Numbered from the stretch's first letter, positions 35,961 to 50,644 are shown. The stretch: 64,000 bases of DNA from Octopus sinensis (GCF_006345805.1 NC_042997.1:147560001-147624000); one strand, 5' to 3'. Notes: a model not told the origin generated them from the letters alone. Numbers and translations are program-made.

Positions 35961-36305
35961 ATATATATATCTATAGTATATATATTATATATCCCTATGG
36001 ATATTTACCCACAGACACAAACATACACACACATGACATACACACATACACATAATGATAATTTTTTCTATGGAATACCTTTGTCTCTAATGAATTTTTA
36101 TTAACAGTTCTACAGTTCTAATCATTAAAAGGTGAACTACTTGATAAATGTGGTGTAATACTTGCATTTGAAATATTGTGAGTGTTAAAGAAGTGACTTT
36201 TTACAATTCAATAATTTTCTCAAAATTATTTTACTTTTACTTGAGTGTGATTGACGCTATTTTTGTATACATACATTTATACATAGGTATTTATACATAG
36301 GCATA

Positions 36306-36677
36306 GGAGTGGCTGTGTGGTAAGTAGCTTGCTTACCAACCACATGGTTCCGGGTTCAGTCCCACTGCGTTGGGCGTCTTCTACTATAGTCTCGAGCCGA
36401 CCAAAGCCTTGTGAGTGGATTTGGTAGACTGAAACTGAAAGCCTGTCGTATATATGTATGTATATATATATATGTGTGAGTGTGTGTGTGTGTATGTTTG
36501 TGTGTCCGTGTTTGTTCCCCCCCCCCAACATCGCTTAATAACCGATGGTGGTGTGTTTTTGCTGATAGAATACGTACTAGGCTTACGAAGAATATCCTGG
36601 GGTCGATTTGCTCGACTAAAGGCGGTGCTCCAGCATGGCCACAGTCAAATGACTGAAACAAGTAAAAAAGAGTAAAG
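36306..36677 (+). mobile_element. SINE family A, full length
   Basis: GGAGTGGCTGTGTGGTAAGTAGCTTGCTTACCAACCAC..GACTGAAACAAGTAAAA. Confidence 0.93.
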
Positions 36678-36857
36678 GTATCTATTTATATCTGCATGGA
36701 TGTGTGTGTGTATGTGTATGTGTGTATAACTATTTGTACTTTGGTATACCGCTAGCAGTATTCCGATTAAAGCACTTTCACTCTTTAGGCTACGTGATGC
36801 CACCTACATTTGATATGTTTCACTAGATCTAGCTCTACCGCAGTGTTCGTTGTGTTT

Positions 36858-37234
<377 letters not shown>

Positions 37235-37499
37235 GTATGTGTAGGTGTGTGTGTATTTATTTAAAGGTCCCAATACATGTATTAAAGCGCTACTGATAGT
37301 TTCATACTTTGAGAAAACTCAAACATATTCTTCAGGTGCAAACCACACATAATGAACTAAAAAAAATTGAATAATAGAAGAAAGGTGAAAAAACTGAGAA
37401 GGCAGCCAGAAGACACAGAATGTTAACACCAGTAAACGAAAAACGGTAAGACAAAAATTAATATGAAGAGTATCATTACAAGTGGTCAATACCAAGAGC

Positions 37500-37830
37500 C
37501 TAAATCCAGTTGCATCACAGTATCCGGTCCATTTGACCAACGATGAATGGATAAATCCATCATATGAGGCAGAGTTACTGCATACCTAAATGATAATACA
37601 ACTGATAAGAAGACCTATATTGGATTATGTGAAGGGGAATTTAAAAATCGCTGTGCCAATCACATAGCCTCTTTCCGACATATAAACAAAAGTAAAGGTA
37701 CTAATTTGGCTAGTTTCATATGGATTTTGAAAGATAACGAAACACTGCATGTGATTAAATGGAAAGTAATTGAGAAATCCATACCTTATGTGAATGAATG
37801 GAATAAATTTGGACTTTGTTTGGCTGAAGG
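37500..37830 (+). mobile_element. Penelope-like element GIY-YIG endonuclease remnant
   Basis: KKTYIGLCEGEFKNRCANHIASFRHINKSKGTNLASFIWILKDNETLHVIKWKVIEKSIPY..GLCLAE matches the classical PLE endonuclease pattern YIG..EGEFK.R..NH..SFR....T.L...IW.LK....W.I......Y....C.LCL.E. Confidence 0.88.
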
Positions 37831-38065
37831 AGCGCCGTGTGACTATGTCCATGCGTCTGTAATGTATGGATGTGTATCTACATTTGTATCCTTGTGTGTG
37901 TGTGTGTATGTGTGTGTGTGAAGTGTGCCTGTGTGTATATGGTCATGTGTTTCACAAATCGAAACCAGGAGCTGAGAAGAGAAATTTTTCAACATACGAT
38001 CATGCCTGTATATATTGTGGGTGATTTCAAATCTATCATGTTCTAAATTTACGATAAATTCAACA

Positions 38066-38478
38066 GGAGTGGCTGTGTGGTAAGTAGCTTGCTTACCAGT
38101 AACATGGTTCCGGGTTCAGTTCCACTGCGTGGCACCTTGGGCGAGTGACTTCTACTGTAGCCTCGGGCCGACCAAAGCCTTGTGAGTGGATTTCGTAGAC
38201 GGAAACTGAAAGAAGCCCGTAGTATATATCTATATATGTGTGTGTGTGTATTTGTGTGTGTTTGTGTGTCTGTGTTCGTCCCCCAAACATCGCATGACAA
38301 CCGATGCTGGTGTGTTTGCGTCCCCGTAATATAGCGGTTTTGCAAAAAAGACCGATAGAATGAATAAGTACTAGGCTTACAAAGAATAAGTCCTGGGATC
38401 GATTTGCTCGACTAAAGGCGGTGCTCAAGCATGGCCACAGTCAAATGACTGAAACAAGGAAAAGAGTAAAAGAGTAAA
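38066..38478 (+). mobile_element. SINE family A, full length
   Basis: Complete head, body, internal (TG)n and tail. Confidence 0.93.
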
Positions 38479-38989
38479 GTAAAACTCAATATTAGTGCCG
38501 CATGTATACGCTCACAGCTGTAAGAAGACTGAATTCTTAAGCAATTGTTTAGAATCAGCATAAGAATTTCGTTTAGGACAAATAGATTAGTAGAAATTAA
38601 TGTACTTTACAGAAGTGAATAAAGAAATAAGTAAGTACTGATGGTTAATGCTATTTCTTAGCATAATGCCAAAAATTTTCTCTGAAAAGAATGAACGTCA
38701 CATCACTTCATTTACCTTCACTCATTAAAGTAAACCATTATTCTCCATAATATTCTCAGTTAAAATGTTTTTAATAAATGTTTTGCTAATGGACTTAAAA
38801 AAAAAATTCTTGTCATTTCGCTAAACAGCCTACTGTATTAAAGTGATCTGCCGCAACAAATATACATATATAGCAACAAATATAAATGCATGTATCCACA
38901 CATTCATGCATACATGCAAACGTACGTGGATGGCAAATACCTTTACACTCGCACATGTGCATATTTATAGATCTACACGCATGAATGCA

Positions 38990-39076
38990 AAGTGTGCATG
39001 GTATACATGTACACACAACAAAACACAAGCACGTGCAGATGTGTATACATACATGTATAAATATATATATACATAC

Positions 39077-39107
<31 letters not shown>

Positions 39108-39108
39108 C

Positions 39109-39162
<54 letters not shown>

Positions 39163-40227
39163 TATATATAAATATATTATATATATATATATATATACAT
39201 ACATACATACATTTATATATACATATCTATCTATATATATGGCTATATACATGTGAATGCATATATATATATGGCTATATATATATGCATGCATATATAT
39301 ATACACTCACACACCTATATACCAATATATATTCGCACACTATATATGCACACGCCTACGTATGTACATACATATTTACATCGACAGGTACGATCCAACG
39401 CATATGTGATATACATACATGCACACGCATTTATATCTTTCTATGCATGTACGCACATATACTCAAACACATATACATATATATCCCCCCTATACCTTGG
39501 CAGCACCATTGCAAATCCTTGATTTGGGTGAACCGAAAGAAGAGGAAAAAAAAAAGATGCAATGATATTCCATAGAAATAGAATGAAACTAATGCAGCTT
39601 CCATCGTAGTGGATCCTTAGCGTACTCCAAACTTCAATAGAATCTTTTGTGAAATGAAATGCCATGGAAGTATTATTTGAATGGAAGCTAATTATATATA
39701 TTATAGCTCATCTACATATTCCTAATTGGCAGATCACATAGCTATGTGATACTATGTTATCTACAGTGTTCGAATGTATGATTGAATTAGCGAAGGAAGG
39801 AACTAGAGTGCAGATAACTAAATTTAGTTGAAGAATATTTATGAAATGACCGTATCCATTACTCTTAATGCATGATAGAAAATATGTACGTGCATAATCA
39901 AATGCTTGGGAATACTGGAATAGATGCAATGTTATAAGGATCGGCATATACAGACTGAGACACAAATATAAATATACGCTCAAAAGCCATTGAGCACATG
40001 CATATAAACACACGTATCTACGTGCATATATATGTGTATACATGTAGAGTTGTTTGTATGTGCGTCTCTCTCTATCTGCCTGTATGCATACATGTATATA
40101 TGAATGTGTGTGTGTATATATATATATATATGAACGGCAACGAGAAACTCAGAGTAACAGATTTTGTTGAATTTTCTGCTGCTTAAAATAAAGTATATAT
40201 TCTTTATATATGCGCATATATACCTAA

Positions 40228-40283
<56 letters not shown>

Positions 40284-40314
40284 ATGTATGTATATCTGCG
40301 CATATATATACCTA

Positions 40315-40369
<55 letters not shown>

Positions 40370-40511
40370 GTATATATATGAGCATATATATCAAAGTGTA
40401 TATATATATTATACATATATATATATATATATGTATATGATTTTATTCTGCATATTCATGTGCTTGCAGAATAAGTACGTACAGGTGCACACACAAACAT
40501 ATATACATATG

Positions 40512-40583
<72 letters not shown>

Positions 40584-40600
40584 CACTTAATTACAATGGA
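38990..40600. repeat. Cluster of (TA)n/(CA)n/(CATA)n degenerate microsatellites
   Basis: Directly visible; it accounts for the YI/HT-repeat ORFs. Confidence 0.9.
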
Positions 40601-40786
40601 AAGGCAGTGATACGAAATTTTGAGATATTTTTATATTCAAATAAACATTATTAATAATACATACATACGTATATATATTACTTAGCGGCCAGCTTTACAT
40701 ATATACGCAATAATTTATATACAACATATACATATATATGATTGAGTGTGGCTGTATGTATTTATATGTATGTGTACATATGCTAC

Positions 40787-40819
<33 letters not shown>

Positions 40820-42589
40820 CACATTATCATATATATGCTTAAACATGCGCGCGTACTCACACGCGTATGTAAGCCGTATCCTATTAAATGTTATCTTTCG
40901 ATAGTAACGTTTATGGTATGATTATACGAGTAAAGGAAACTAGTTAGTGGGTTAATCATTTACCGAGCTTTTCATTTAGCTTCAATGTCCATGCGGGATT
41001 TGTCTTGTACGAATTTATTTTGTGACCCTTAATAGTATAGAAGCTGTTGAAAAATCATGGTTTTTCTTGTACGGGTTCAGTTTGGGACTTGATGCTGCTG
41101 AAACTACAAAATCATGTTTGATATTTAGAAAGAGAAAGAAAGAAAAAAAACATACATGAAGAGCTTGGGAGGGAGATCTAAAGAGAGAAAAACTGATAGA
41201 TACCTATGTAACTAGCAAGCTAGCTAGCTAGATAGATAAATAAAGAAATAAAGAACGAGAGAGAGAGAAATAGAGAAATATATATATAGAGAGAGAGAGA
41301 GGAAAAGAGAAATAGAAAAGGTGAAAAAGATTAAGTTGTAACAAACAAAGAGATAAAAGTTGTAACTATGGTTAGAAGTAATGTTTATCACCACTTCAAC
41401 ATGGCTGTTCCGTAAGAACCGACGTTAGTACCATTTTAACTTCCAAGGAGAACGCCTCCTCCAGCTGGCTATTCGATGGAATCTGCAGCCGATATATATT
41501 GCAAGCATATATATATTAAGTTGTGCTTTCCTGAAATTGATGCAACGTTGGTTTCGGAAATATCGCTCTTGCGGCGCCTGTTTTCAAACTTAGTCACAAC
41601 AAATACCTCTGCTTGTTATATGTACAAACCAACGTGAACAGCACGTGTAAATGAATGTTCGAACAGTCGCTCCACACCTTGCAGTAGACCTGTCAGTATC
41701 TTTTCTCCTAATCTCAGTTTGTAGGTGATATCAGATAATATTCGATTTTGCTCTCCACATGAAGGAACTGAACATCGGAAATTGGCAAGCTGTATTTTCA
41801 ACACTGGGAATCCAAATTAAAATTGAACCACTTTTGCTGCATGTCATCATTTGTAAAAGAGAAATAGATAATGTTTGATAATGATAAAACATCTGAAATA
41901 TATGGCTAGATGTAGATATCCGTCCGCAAAAAAATTCCGAAGCACCTACTAGAAAAGTATTATGCCGGCTATGATGTAATATGAAATCCACAATCCACTT
42001 TGTCCTTTTGTTTCAAGCACAATAAATTACTGCCAAATTGTACTGATGGAAAATCTACAATATTGCAGTAAAAGTTTTAAACGAAAAATTACCAAAAAAT
42101 CCAAGACTGATTAATAGACAAATTCAATTCTGTTTCACGACACTTCTCAACCAAGTCTAAAATTCCTCTTTGAAAATTAACGGAGTTCGATTATGAAATT
42201 TCGCTGCATCAGTCAACAGCTTATCATATTTTCGCACTCTTCAAACTGCTTGTACGTAATATAAGATACGCTCACTGAGAAGCCATAGTTGGTGGATATA
42301 ATCAGTGCAGTGACTCACAAGATGAAGTTCTTCAAATAAGAATAACTAATCACGTTAGCAAAAGACAATTTAACGTAATGAATTAAATATATTTATTTGA
42401 TTTTATTAATAATCTTAATTCTTGTTTTAAACAGCATTTCATGTTGTATAACCTAATATACATACTCTCTCACTATTTCCCTCCCGCGCACAGACATACA
42501 TACAGACAGACACACACACACACACATACATATATGTGTGTGTGTGTGAGTGTACATATATATATATATGTATATATACATATATATAT

Positions 42590-42641
<52 letters not shown>

Positions 42642-42823
42642 ATATTTAAAAATTTAATAATCTAAAAATCTAAATTTAAAAATTTAAAAGTTTCATAATT
42701 TAAATTTTAAATTTTGTATTTCATATATATATTATATATTATATTAATTATATTTATTATTTGATTTTTATGTTTTGGTTTATGTCTTTGCCTAATAGTG
42801 GTTTTATCTCTAATTTAATTTAT

Positions 42824-42914
<91 letters not shown>

Positions 42915-43609
42915 TATATATATATATATGTTTATATATGTATATGTATGTATGTGTGCGTGTGTGTGTGTACACACACAAACACACATATATACAGACA
43001 TTCAGACAAATATATATTTACACATACTCATGCACGTACGCACCCGATCACATATACATGTGTGCATGTATGTGTTTGTGTGTACGTGCGCGTACGTGTG
43101 CGTGTGTCAAATGTGCGTGCTTTGACTAAAATATTGAAAATCTTGGACACAAAAATATTCATTGGGATTGGGAGGATTTTTATTCAGCTGTATTGCTATG
43201 TGCTATACCAGTATATGTTCTATTCACTGTTTCCTATACATAGAAGGCGACAAATCTCATCTAAGCAAGTAGCTGGTTGTGAATACACACCATTGATAAG
43301 AGACGCATCTCTTAGGTTTCTTCACTGAAACTATAAGCAAGGACATGGGCTCATTTTAGATTCACCAGTTCGCGTTCTAAAGGCTGACGACAAACAATAT
43401 GTTGAAAGACGGGTTTCTTAGAACCGCTTGCACTAATGAATTGAATGTGCTATGAACATATAGTTGTCATAAAGGAGAAATTATCCTCTTGTGGCATGTA
43501 CAATAATGATTATCGTATTTTTATTCGAATCTGCTGGAATGTGTACAGAATAAATATAAAAGTCATCGTTTCAGATCTGGGTGTTCAATATTCAAATGAT
43601 GATTTATGT

Positions 43610-43674
<65 letters not shown>

Positions 43675-43744
43675 AATTAAGCATATTAGCTTTACAATCA
43701 CTGGGTTTTGGGAGAATTTCCAATTGTGGCATCTTGGGCAAATA

Positions 43745-43870
43745 TTTTTTTTGCCTCACACCACTTCTTGACAATCGGTGTTGGTTTGTTTATATCCCCC
43801 ATTTTGGTGGTTCGGTGAAAAAGAGTCCCATAGAATAAGTACCTGGGTTAAAAGAAATAAGTACTGGATG
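43745..43870 (+). mobile_element. SINE family A, 3' fragment
   Basis: TTGACAATCGGTGTTGGT..GGTTCGG..ATAGAATAAGTACC. Confidence 0.6.
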
Positions 43871-43954
43871 TAAAAGATAACGCACACACACACAAACATG
43901 TGTATAACTACACCCTTAGCCTTTCCCACAACATATTATTCTATATGTTACATT

Positions 43955-44175
43955 TACGATAGGTTGCTGAAAAGTTCCTGGCCTTATGGTTATCACGAAA
44001 ATCCTGACTGAGATCCATCCTTCCGAGTTTTTTTTTATAGGGCTTAGAAAAGCGGAAGGAACGCTACGATAAAATGTGAATTTGAGAGGGAAATATGTTG
44101 AATAAAATCATAATTAACCGATCCTCCTATAATTTCTTGTACTTAAAATCGGGAACTTTTTAGCACACCCCCATA
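43955..44175 (+). mobile_element. Mariner-derived MITE
   Basis: TIRs TACGATAGGTTGCTGAAAAGTTCC / GGAACTTTTTAGCACACCCCCATA at TA. Retains the transposase C-terminal remnant GLEKRKERYDK..LRGKYVE*. Confidence 0.8.
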
Positions 44176-44376
44176 TAAATAAAATATTAAATAGGAATCT
44201 TTTATTTTCTCAGGTGCAAGTAATTCTATGCTTTTTTGTTTTTGGTTAAAGCTTCATAGACATTTCGATAAGCTGCCCTTGTAGCGCTTAGCCAATATCA
44301 GTACATCGTCATTCAAGTAGCATAACTCACAGTATCTACCATCTGCCTCAATAGCACAATACACTTATATAATTAT

Positions 44377-44742
44377 GACACAGGGCTGGCTGAAACGTTA
44401 GCACGCCGGGTGAAATGCTTAGCGGTATTTCGTCTGCCGTTACGTTCTGAGTTCAAATTCCGCCGAAGTCGACTTTGCCTTTCATCTTTCGGGGTCGATT
44501 AAATAAGTACCAGTTATGCACTGGAGTGCATAATCGACTTAATCCGTTTGTCTGTCCTTGTTTGTCCTCTCTGTTTTTAGCCCCTTGTGGGTAGTAAAGA
44601 AATGGGTATTTCGTTCGTCTTTACATTCGGGGTTCAAATTCCGCCGAGGTCGACTTTGCCTTTCATTCTATGGGGGTCGATAAATTAAGTACTGGGGTCG
44701 ATCTAATCGACTGGCCCCCTCCCACAGAATTTCGGACCTTGT
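44377..44742 (+). mobile_element. SINE family B, dimeric form, with 18-bp TSD
   Basis: TSD ATACACTTATATAATTAT at 44359-76 and 44743-60. The core GGTATTTCGT..GTTCAAATTCCGCC..GTCGACTTTGCCTTTCAT occurs twice. Confidence 0.93.
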
Positions 44743-44964
44743 ATACACTTATATAATTATCACATTATAAAGCGAATAGTCTCAACAACTCACAGCATTA
44801 AAAAATCGACAATCAATGCTGACACATATCGAACACCGGAATATAACTCATGCTGCACAATTGCCACATAATAAAACGCAACAAACGTTATAGCTAAAAC
44901 GATGCATACGTATCTTAATCAACATCCAACAAAGAAAAGTAAATGTCCGCAATATATAGTTGCA

Positions 44965-45575
44965 GACGTGGCTGTGTGATATGAAGTTTGCTTCCCAACG
45001 ACAAGGTCCTTGATTCAGTCTCATTGTGTGGTGTCTTGGTAAGTGTTTTCTACTATAGCTTCCGACCGACCAAATACGTGTGAGTGGATTTGGTAGACGG
45101 AAAGTGAAAGAAGCCCGTCTATATATTAATGTGTGCGTCTTTGTGTTTGTGTTTGTCCGTCCTCCCACCGCTTGAGAACGGTGTTGGTGTTTTTACGTCC
45201 CCGTAACTTAGCTGTTCAACAAAAGGAAGCTATCGATAGAATTAATACAAAGCATAAAATATAGGTACTGGGCTCGCTTCGTTCGGCTGAAATTCTTCAA
45301 GACGGTGCCCTAGAATGGCTGTAGTCTAATGACTGAAAAAATTATTTTCTACTCTAGGCACAAGGCTCGAAATTTTTGGGGAGAGGTCCAGTCGATTAAA
45401 TCGACCCGAGTACACAACTGGTACTTAATCGACCCCGAAAGGATGGATGGCAAAGTCGACGTAGACAGCGTTTGAACTCAGAACGTGAAAGCAGGTGAAA
45501 TATCGCTAAGCATTTCGCTCGGCGTGTAAACGATTCTGCCAGCTCGCCGCTTTTATGACTGAAACAAATAAAAGA
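44965..45575 (+). mobile_element. SINE family A with a family B copy nested in its tail
   Basis: Head at about 44965. The tail motif ATGACTGAAA occurs on both sides of the nested copy (about 45329 and 45555). Confidence 0.8.
45345..45552 (-). mobile_element. SINE family B monomer nested in SINE A
   Basis: Reverse complement of AAGCGGCGAGCTGGCAGAATCGTT..GAGTTCAAACGC..GTCGACTTTGCC. Confidence 0.85.
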
Positions 45576-45640
45576 TTGTGAAATGAGGGATAAACCTAAA
45601 TAATATCATAACAAGAAATGGCCTTCGATGAAGATTGCTT

Positions 45641-45708
<68 letters not shown>

Positions 45709-46581
45709 TATATATTATATATGTATATATGTGTGTATGTATGTATGTATGTATGTATGTATGTATGTATGTATGTATGCCAGCGGGCTTCTCCTTTTTC
45801 ACCACAACAATACGTACAGAATTCTCATTGCCTAAATAAATGAGATCAGGGATTATTGGCATATTTTCAGGAATGTGCAGCCTTCTAAGTACGTTCTTTT
45901 AAGTTTCGCCTTGTTCGGTTGGGAAAATGATCCCAAAATGAAAATCTTCTATGATATTTATCATTTTTATCTCAGGTGATACATTGTTACAGATGTTTTT
46001 GTTATTTACCACCCTATATATAATTACAGTCATAGATATGCCACGGAGAAGCATATACTTCTCGGTATTTTCCTCACCTCCGCTTCATCGATGTATTATG
46101 TATTACCTCCCCTTTATTTCTCTCTTATCTTACGTATCATGGACTCTCACTTTCCATAGATTATAATGGCTTGTAAAATCAGCTGGCGTACTTCTTGTAC
46201 ATGCAACGGATGGTTATATTGGATATTCTTTTCTCTCTATGCTTCTGTCCGAGTGCACAAATAAGATCTCAAGATATAGTGACAGGATTCTGCTATAACG
46301 TGCAACCGAAACTCCGCAATTTAGTGTGTAGCTTTTGAAAACGATATTACCATATTATACACACACCCATGTACACTTACGCCCACAGATACACGCACAC
46401 ACACCCATAGAGATATACAAACATACATACGTACATGCATACATACATACGTATGTATGCATGTTCGTATGTATGTTTCTATATGTCTATGAGTGTGTGT
46501 ATGTAATTGCATCTGTATGCGTATATGCTTACGTACATACATACATATATACATACATACATACATACATACATACATACA

Positions 46582-46612
<31 letters not shown>

Positions 46613-49600
46613 GATACTGCTGGTTTTATCCGGACCAGGTGGTCCAGTAACACACGTCGGTCAATCTTGTTGACTGTGCTTAAAGCTACGGCTTGAAATA
46701 TGTTCAGAGTGTTCCCCATTGATAACGGTATTTCCCATTGATAACAGCTAAAGTGCTAGAAACGCTGCGTCTGGTAAGGGGAAGCATTGTGGAGATATGG
46801 TATTTATACACTTGTTACCATAAGAGATTTTTTTGTGCACGGAACATGTTGTGAATTTGCCGTAAGAAGTTGAAATATGTTACAAACTAATCTTAACTGA
46901 CCTAAAATTTGCTTATGGCTAATCACAGCCTGGCGCTGATGCTGCTGATGTGTTTATTAATTTGAGTGATTGTATGTGTGTCTGACTACATATCCCTAGA
47001 TACATACATTACGATTTTTAGTTATATAGCTTCAGTTGTAGAAATAACAACAGGGAGTTGTTGCAGTGGACCAGTACAATGTCCATAATTGTACGCTGAG
47101 TATACTTGAGGCTTTCCACCTTGAGTTTACTTAGAAGATGAAAAATGATGTAAGGAAATTTCATGGACTCGTTGGATTATCCTGGTGAATTTGAAACACC
47201 TAACTACGTAAGTTGCCCGCGGAAGAAGTTACCTATACACATTTATACTTCTACTCACTGGTGGGAAGAATAGAGGTGCAATGAAAAGGGTTGCTGGTAT
47301 GTAACGTAAGTTTGGTGTTCGTTATGTGTGTATGGTTGAAGATGTATATTGAAGGGTGTCATGCTGATGGAGAGACGAACTTTTAAAGTTGACAGATTAT
47401 GAACTGCAAGTGGAATGCTGGGATATTCGAATTATTTCTCATGCATGTTAACTTTTTGAAAAAGAAGTGGAAGAGTGTCTGAAAGGGAAATGAACAATGC
47501 GCATGCATCTTTGTGTGTGAGTAGTTTAGCTTGTTCGTAGTTAAATTAACAGTATAGCGTAAATGCATGCAGGATTGAAAATAAGTTCTCGTCAAAAATC
47601 GATTGTAAACACTATGGAGTTTTGGTGATATAGTTGTCTACAAACTATACTTACGTTAGGAGTTGCGCCGTCTATCACAAGCAAGTGAATTTCTATGATA
47701 CATTTTCTAACTTGGACATACTTATCTAGCAAGATATATACATATATCTGTAAACGATAATATATTTCGTTGCTGGTGAAGTATCTTTTCGATGTACTGT
47801 ACCTTTTAAACAAGTTTGAAAATTCTCCTCTGCTCTGGAGCACACTGTGAACTGATCCTCACTATTGGAATAAGTATAACTCGGTCGTCACCTATAAGAA
47901 AATACGACAATCATAAATAATTACACAATTTGAAGAATATTAAAGAAAATCAATGGAAGCAATAATGTGTTAATTTCACAACTTCTATTTGCCTATTAGA
48001 TTTTATATCACCGTTAGTGGCTTCGTTCAAGTTCATAATCAGAGATGAAAATAAAAGTGAAAGGAAAGTAGAAATACAATACAAATGAAATTGTTGTTTT
48101 ATGTTTATTTTATCAATTTCCCATCTTCTTGTCACGAAATTGATGGAATTTATATTTGCTTCTTTATTTCCTTGAAGCCATTATATTTTGCTATTATTTT
48201 TGGTATTGCTCGCTGGGAATTCATCGAGCATCATCGGCATATTTCGATTTCAACTTTGACTCCGTTTTATTTGATTTCTTCGAATACTTTATTCGTAAAT
48301 GGAAGTGAATATATATCTAAAGATTTCCATTTATAAGTCAATCTTGGAAACCGTTCCAATAATAGTTGCTTGATTATTTTACTTGATGATTAAGATAGTA
48401 GACTTTATGTTTTCCCTTCACAGATAAAAAAAGAAAAAAATACAAAAGAAATATAACATAAACCCCGATAATGTCGAAACATTCTTTAAACTTAGCATGA
48501 GACAATTAATATTACAAGGCAAAACTATATACCAAAAGATGAACGGAATATCAAAGTAATGTAAAATTATTGAGATAATTAAAAATGGAAACAAAGAAAA
48601 AAGTTAATTAGTTTTATTTGGTTATTGAAAATCAACTTATACATGAATAACATTAATTAATCATGGTTGTGAACTGGCGGTAAATATCATTACAAAATCA
48701 ATAAACCTGTGAAATGTTCGAAGGGAAATTAGCATTTTGACTTTTTTCTCTCTATATTAGAAAACAAAATCTATTAGTCGTTTCCTTAGAATACTAATTC
48801 ATCTAAATTTGAATCGTTATTGTATTGGTTCTGTATTACCAATAAACTAATTGCAAGTTTCATGAGAGAAGTTATAAAGAGAATTGTCAAGAAGAGGATA
48901 TACTCAACAAACTTAACTGCTCAAGCAATTTTTAGACATCTTGTTTCAATTTATGATGTTTGAGCAATTATGACAATTATAAAAATGTATTCATACAAAG
49001 CAATTAATATTAGTTATTATAAAGTGTGATGACGTTTATTATTAGTTCTCTATTTAATAGAAGGAATTGCTATCGAGATATTCTAAAAGTTTCACCTGCT
49101 AAGAATCAGTTAAACCATCACTGGAGCTACAGCTTCTGTGATTAATTACGTTTGAAGAATATAATTAAGGTTAACATTATAAAAGAAAAGTAATAAAATA
49201 ACGAATACCACTTCATTAAATATTTACACATAATTTTGGAGGCCATTCTCATATATTTGGGTTCACTATGACAAAAGTGTGAGGAGACTCTAAGTTACGT
49301 GATTAATGTATATTTCGTAGTGTATTAATAATAACATTAAACTTTCCAAGAAGTTTTTGTTTTTCTTTCTTAAGATGACTTTTAAATTATCGAAAAATGA
49401 AAGTAGAATACTTAGAAATTTATAGAACGTTATTAGAATAATAATAAAACATACACTATAATCAACAAATTTAGGTATACTCGAACCATTGTTGTGGCGA
49501 TAAACGAATTTCTGAAGTAAGGCTTTTAATTATTTCTAAATAAGTGCATTATAGCGTCGTTGATTACGTGTCTTCCTCACATCAATCTCTGATTCACCGA

Positions 49601-50022
49601 CATCCTGCCTGCAAGAGGGATAGATAAGGGAAATTCTTATCTATCCCACGGTGTAGGGCAAATATCGCAAGACTCTTCCTTTGACGAGTACTGTTCTATT
49701 CAGTTTCCTCACTGACATTTATAGTCTTCATATAGCAATGTCTTAACGTATGCGCTCGCGCACACACATACACATACACCCATACACGCGCACACACCAA
49801 TAAATTCGAAACGTTAGTACCGATGACAGGTATATTTTAAATATAGAATTATCATATACATTTCTGTTGACTTTTCCGCATTATCAATGGTCTTCTGAAT
49901 ATTTAAGGAGAATCATTAATAAATAAATATGTGTCTGAGTATGTGTGAGTGCGTGCACGCGCGTACAAATATACATACATACAAATACATATATACATAC
50001 ATACACATACATATATACATAC

Positions 50023-50099
<77 letters not shown>

Positions 50100-50129
50100 C
50101 ACACTCATCTATAAATTGTGGCGGTGAAG

Positions 50130-50330
50130 ACGCGTCACCCAGCGGTTAAAGTGTTGTATTCACGATCGCAAGAACGTGGTTTCGATTCCCAAACCGGCGG
50201 TGAGTTGTGTTTTAGTTCAAAACACTTAATTTCACGTTGAACCAGTCTACTGTGATGAGAATGGATAACTCTGCGACAGATATGCTTTCCGTTCAGGGGG
50301 AGTGTTGGTCTACTCGACGAAGCAGTAAGA
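50130..50330 (+). mobile_element. SINE family C, diverged
   Basis: tRNA-like head with GGTTTCGATTCCC, then TTGTGTTTTAGTTCAAAACACTTAATTTCACGTTG..CTGCGACAG..CCGTTCAGGGG as at 16253. Confidence 0.65.
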
Positions 50331-50503
50331 TGGCAGAATTCAAAAACTTGAACAATTCGCGGAAGCGCATTGTGACAACATCCCATAGCCTGGTAGATAC
50401 AGTGATATATATATATGTATTCGGTGCGAATATTTTTTTATGGCGCCGTGATTTACAATCCTGTAAATAATAATAATAGTATTTTTATATAAGCTTAAAG
50501 CTT

Positions 50504-50639
50504 ATGGTGATCTCCGTGCAATGACTAAGGAAAATAGTCCAATAAAGGGGCATATAAGCCCTCGACAGAAAAAAAAGAAGAGGGCTTATATGCCCCTTTA
50601 TTAGACTGTTTTCCTTACACATTACACGGGGATCGCCAT
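50504..50639. mobile_element. 136-bp fold-back MITE (60-bp arms, 16-nt loop)
   Basis: The inner AATAAAGGGGCATATAAGCCCTC / GAGGGCTTATATGCCCCTTTATT is perfectly complementary; the whole arms are about 88% complementary. Confidence 0.85.
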
Positions 50640-50644
50640 TGGCT

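Noticed and set aside
39560-39640. Minus-strand TLRIHYDGSC resembling the Cys-loop receptor motif 'V.YDG.V.W' (tempting given cephalopod chemotactile receptors)
   Set aside because: Only about 4 residues match, the donor site is weak, and no Cys-loop (C-x13-C with FPFD) or TM exons were found nearby on that strand.
47163-48305. Possible first coding exon MDSLDYPGEFETPNY|gtaagt joined to PLYFAIIFGIARWEFIEHH..
   Set aside because: No recognisable homology, and an equally good exon candidate (EIHLLVIDGATPN|gtaagt) lies between them on the opposite strand. It needs RNA-seq.
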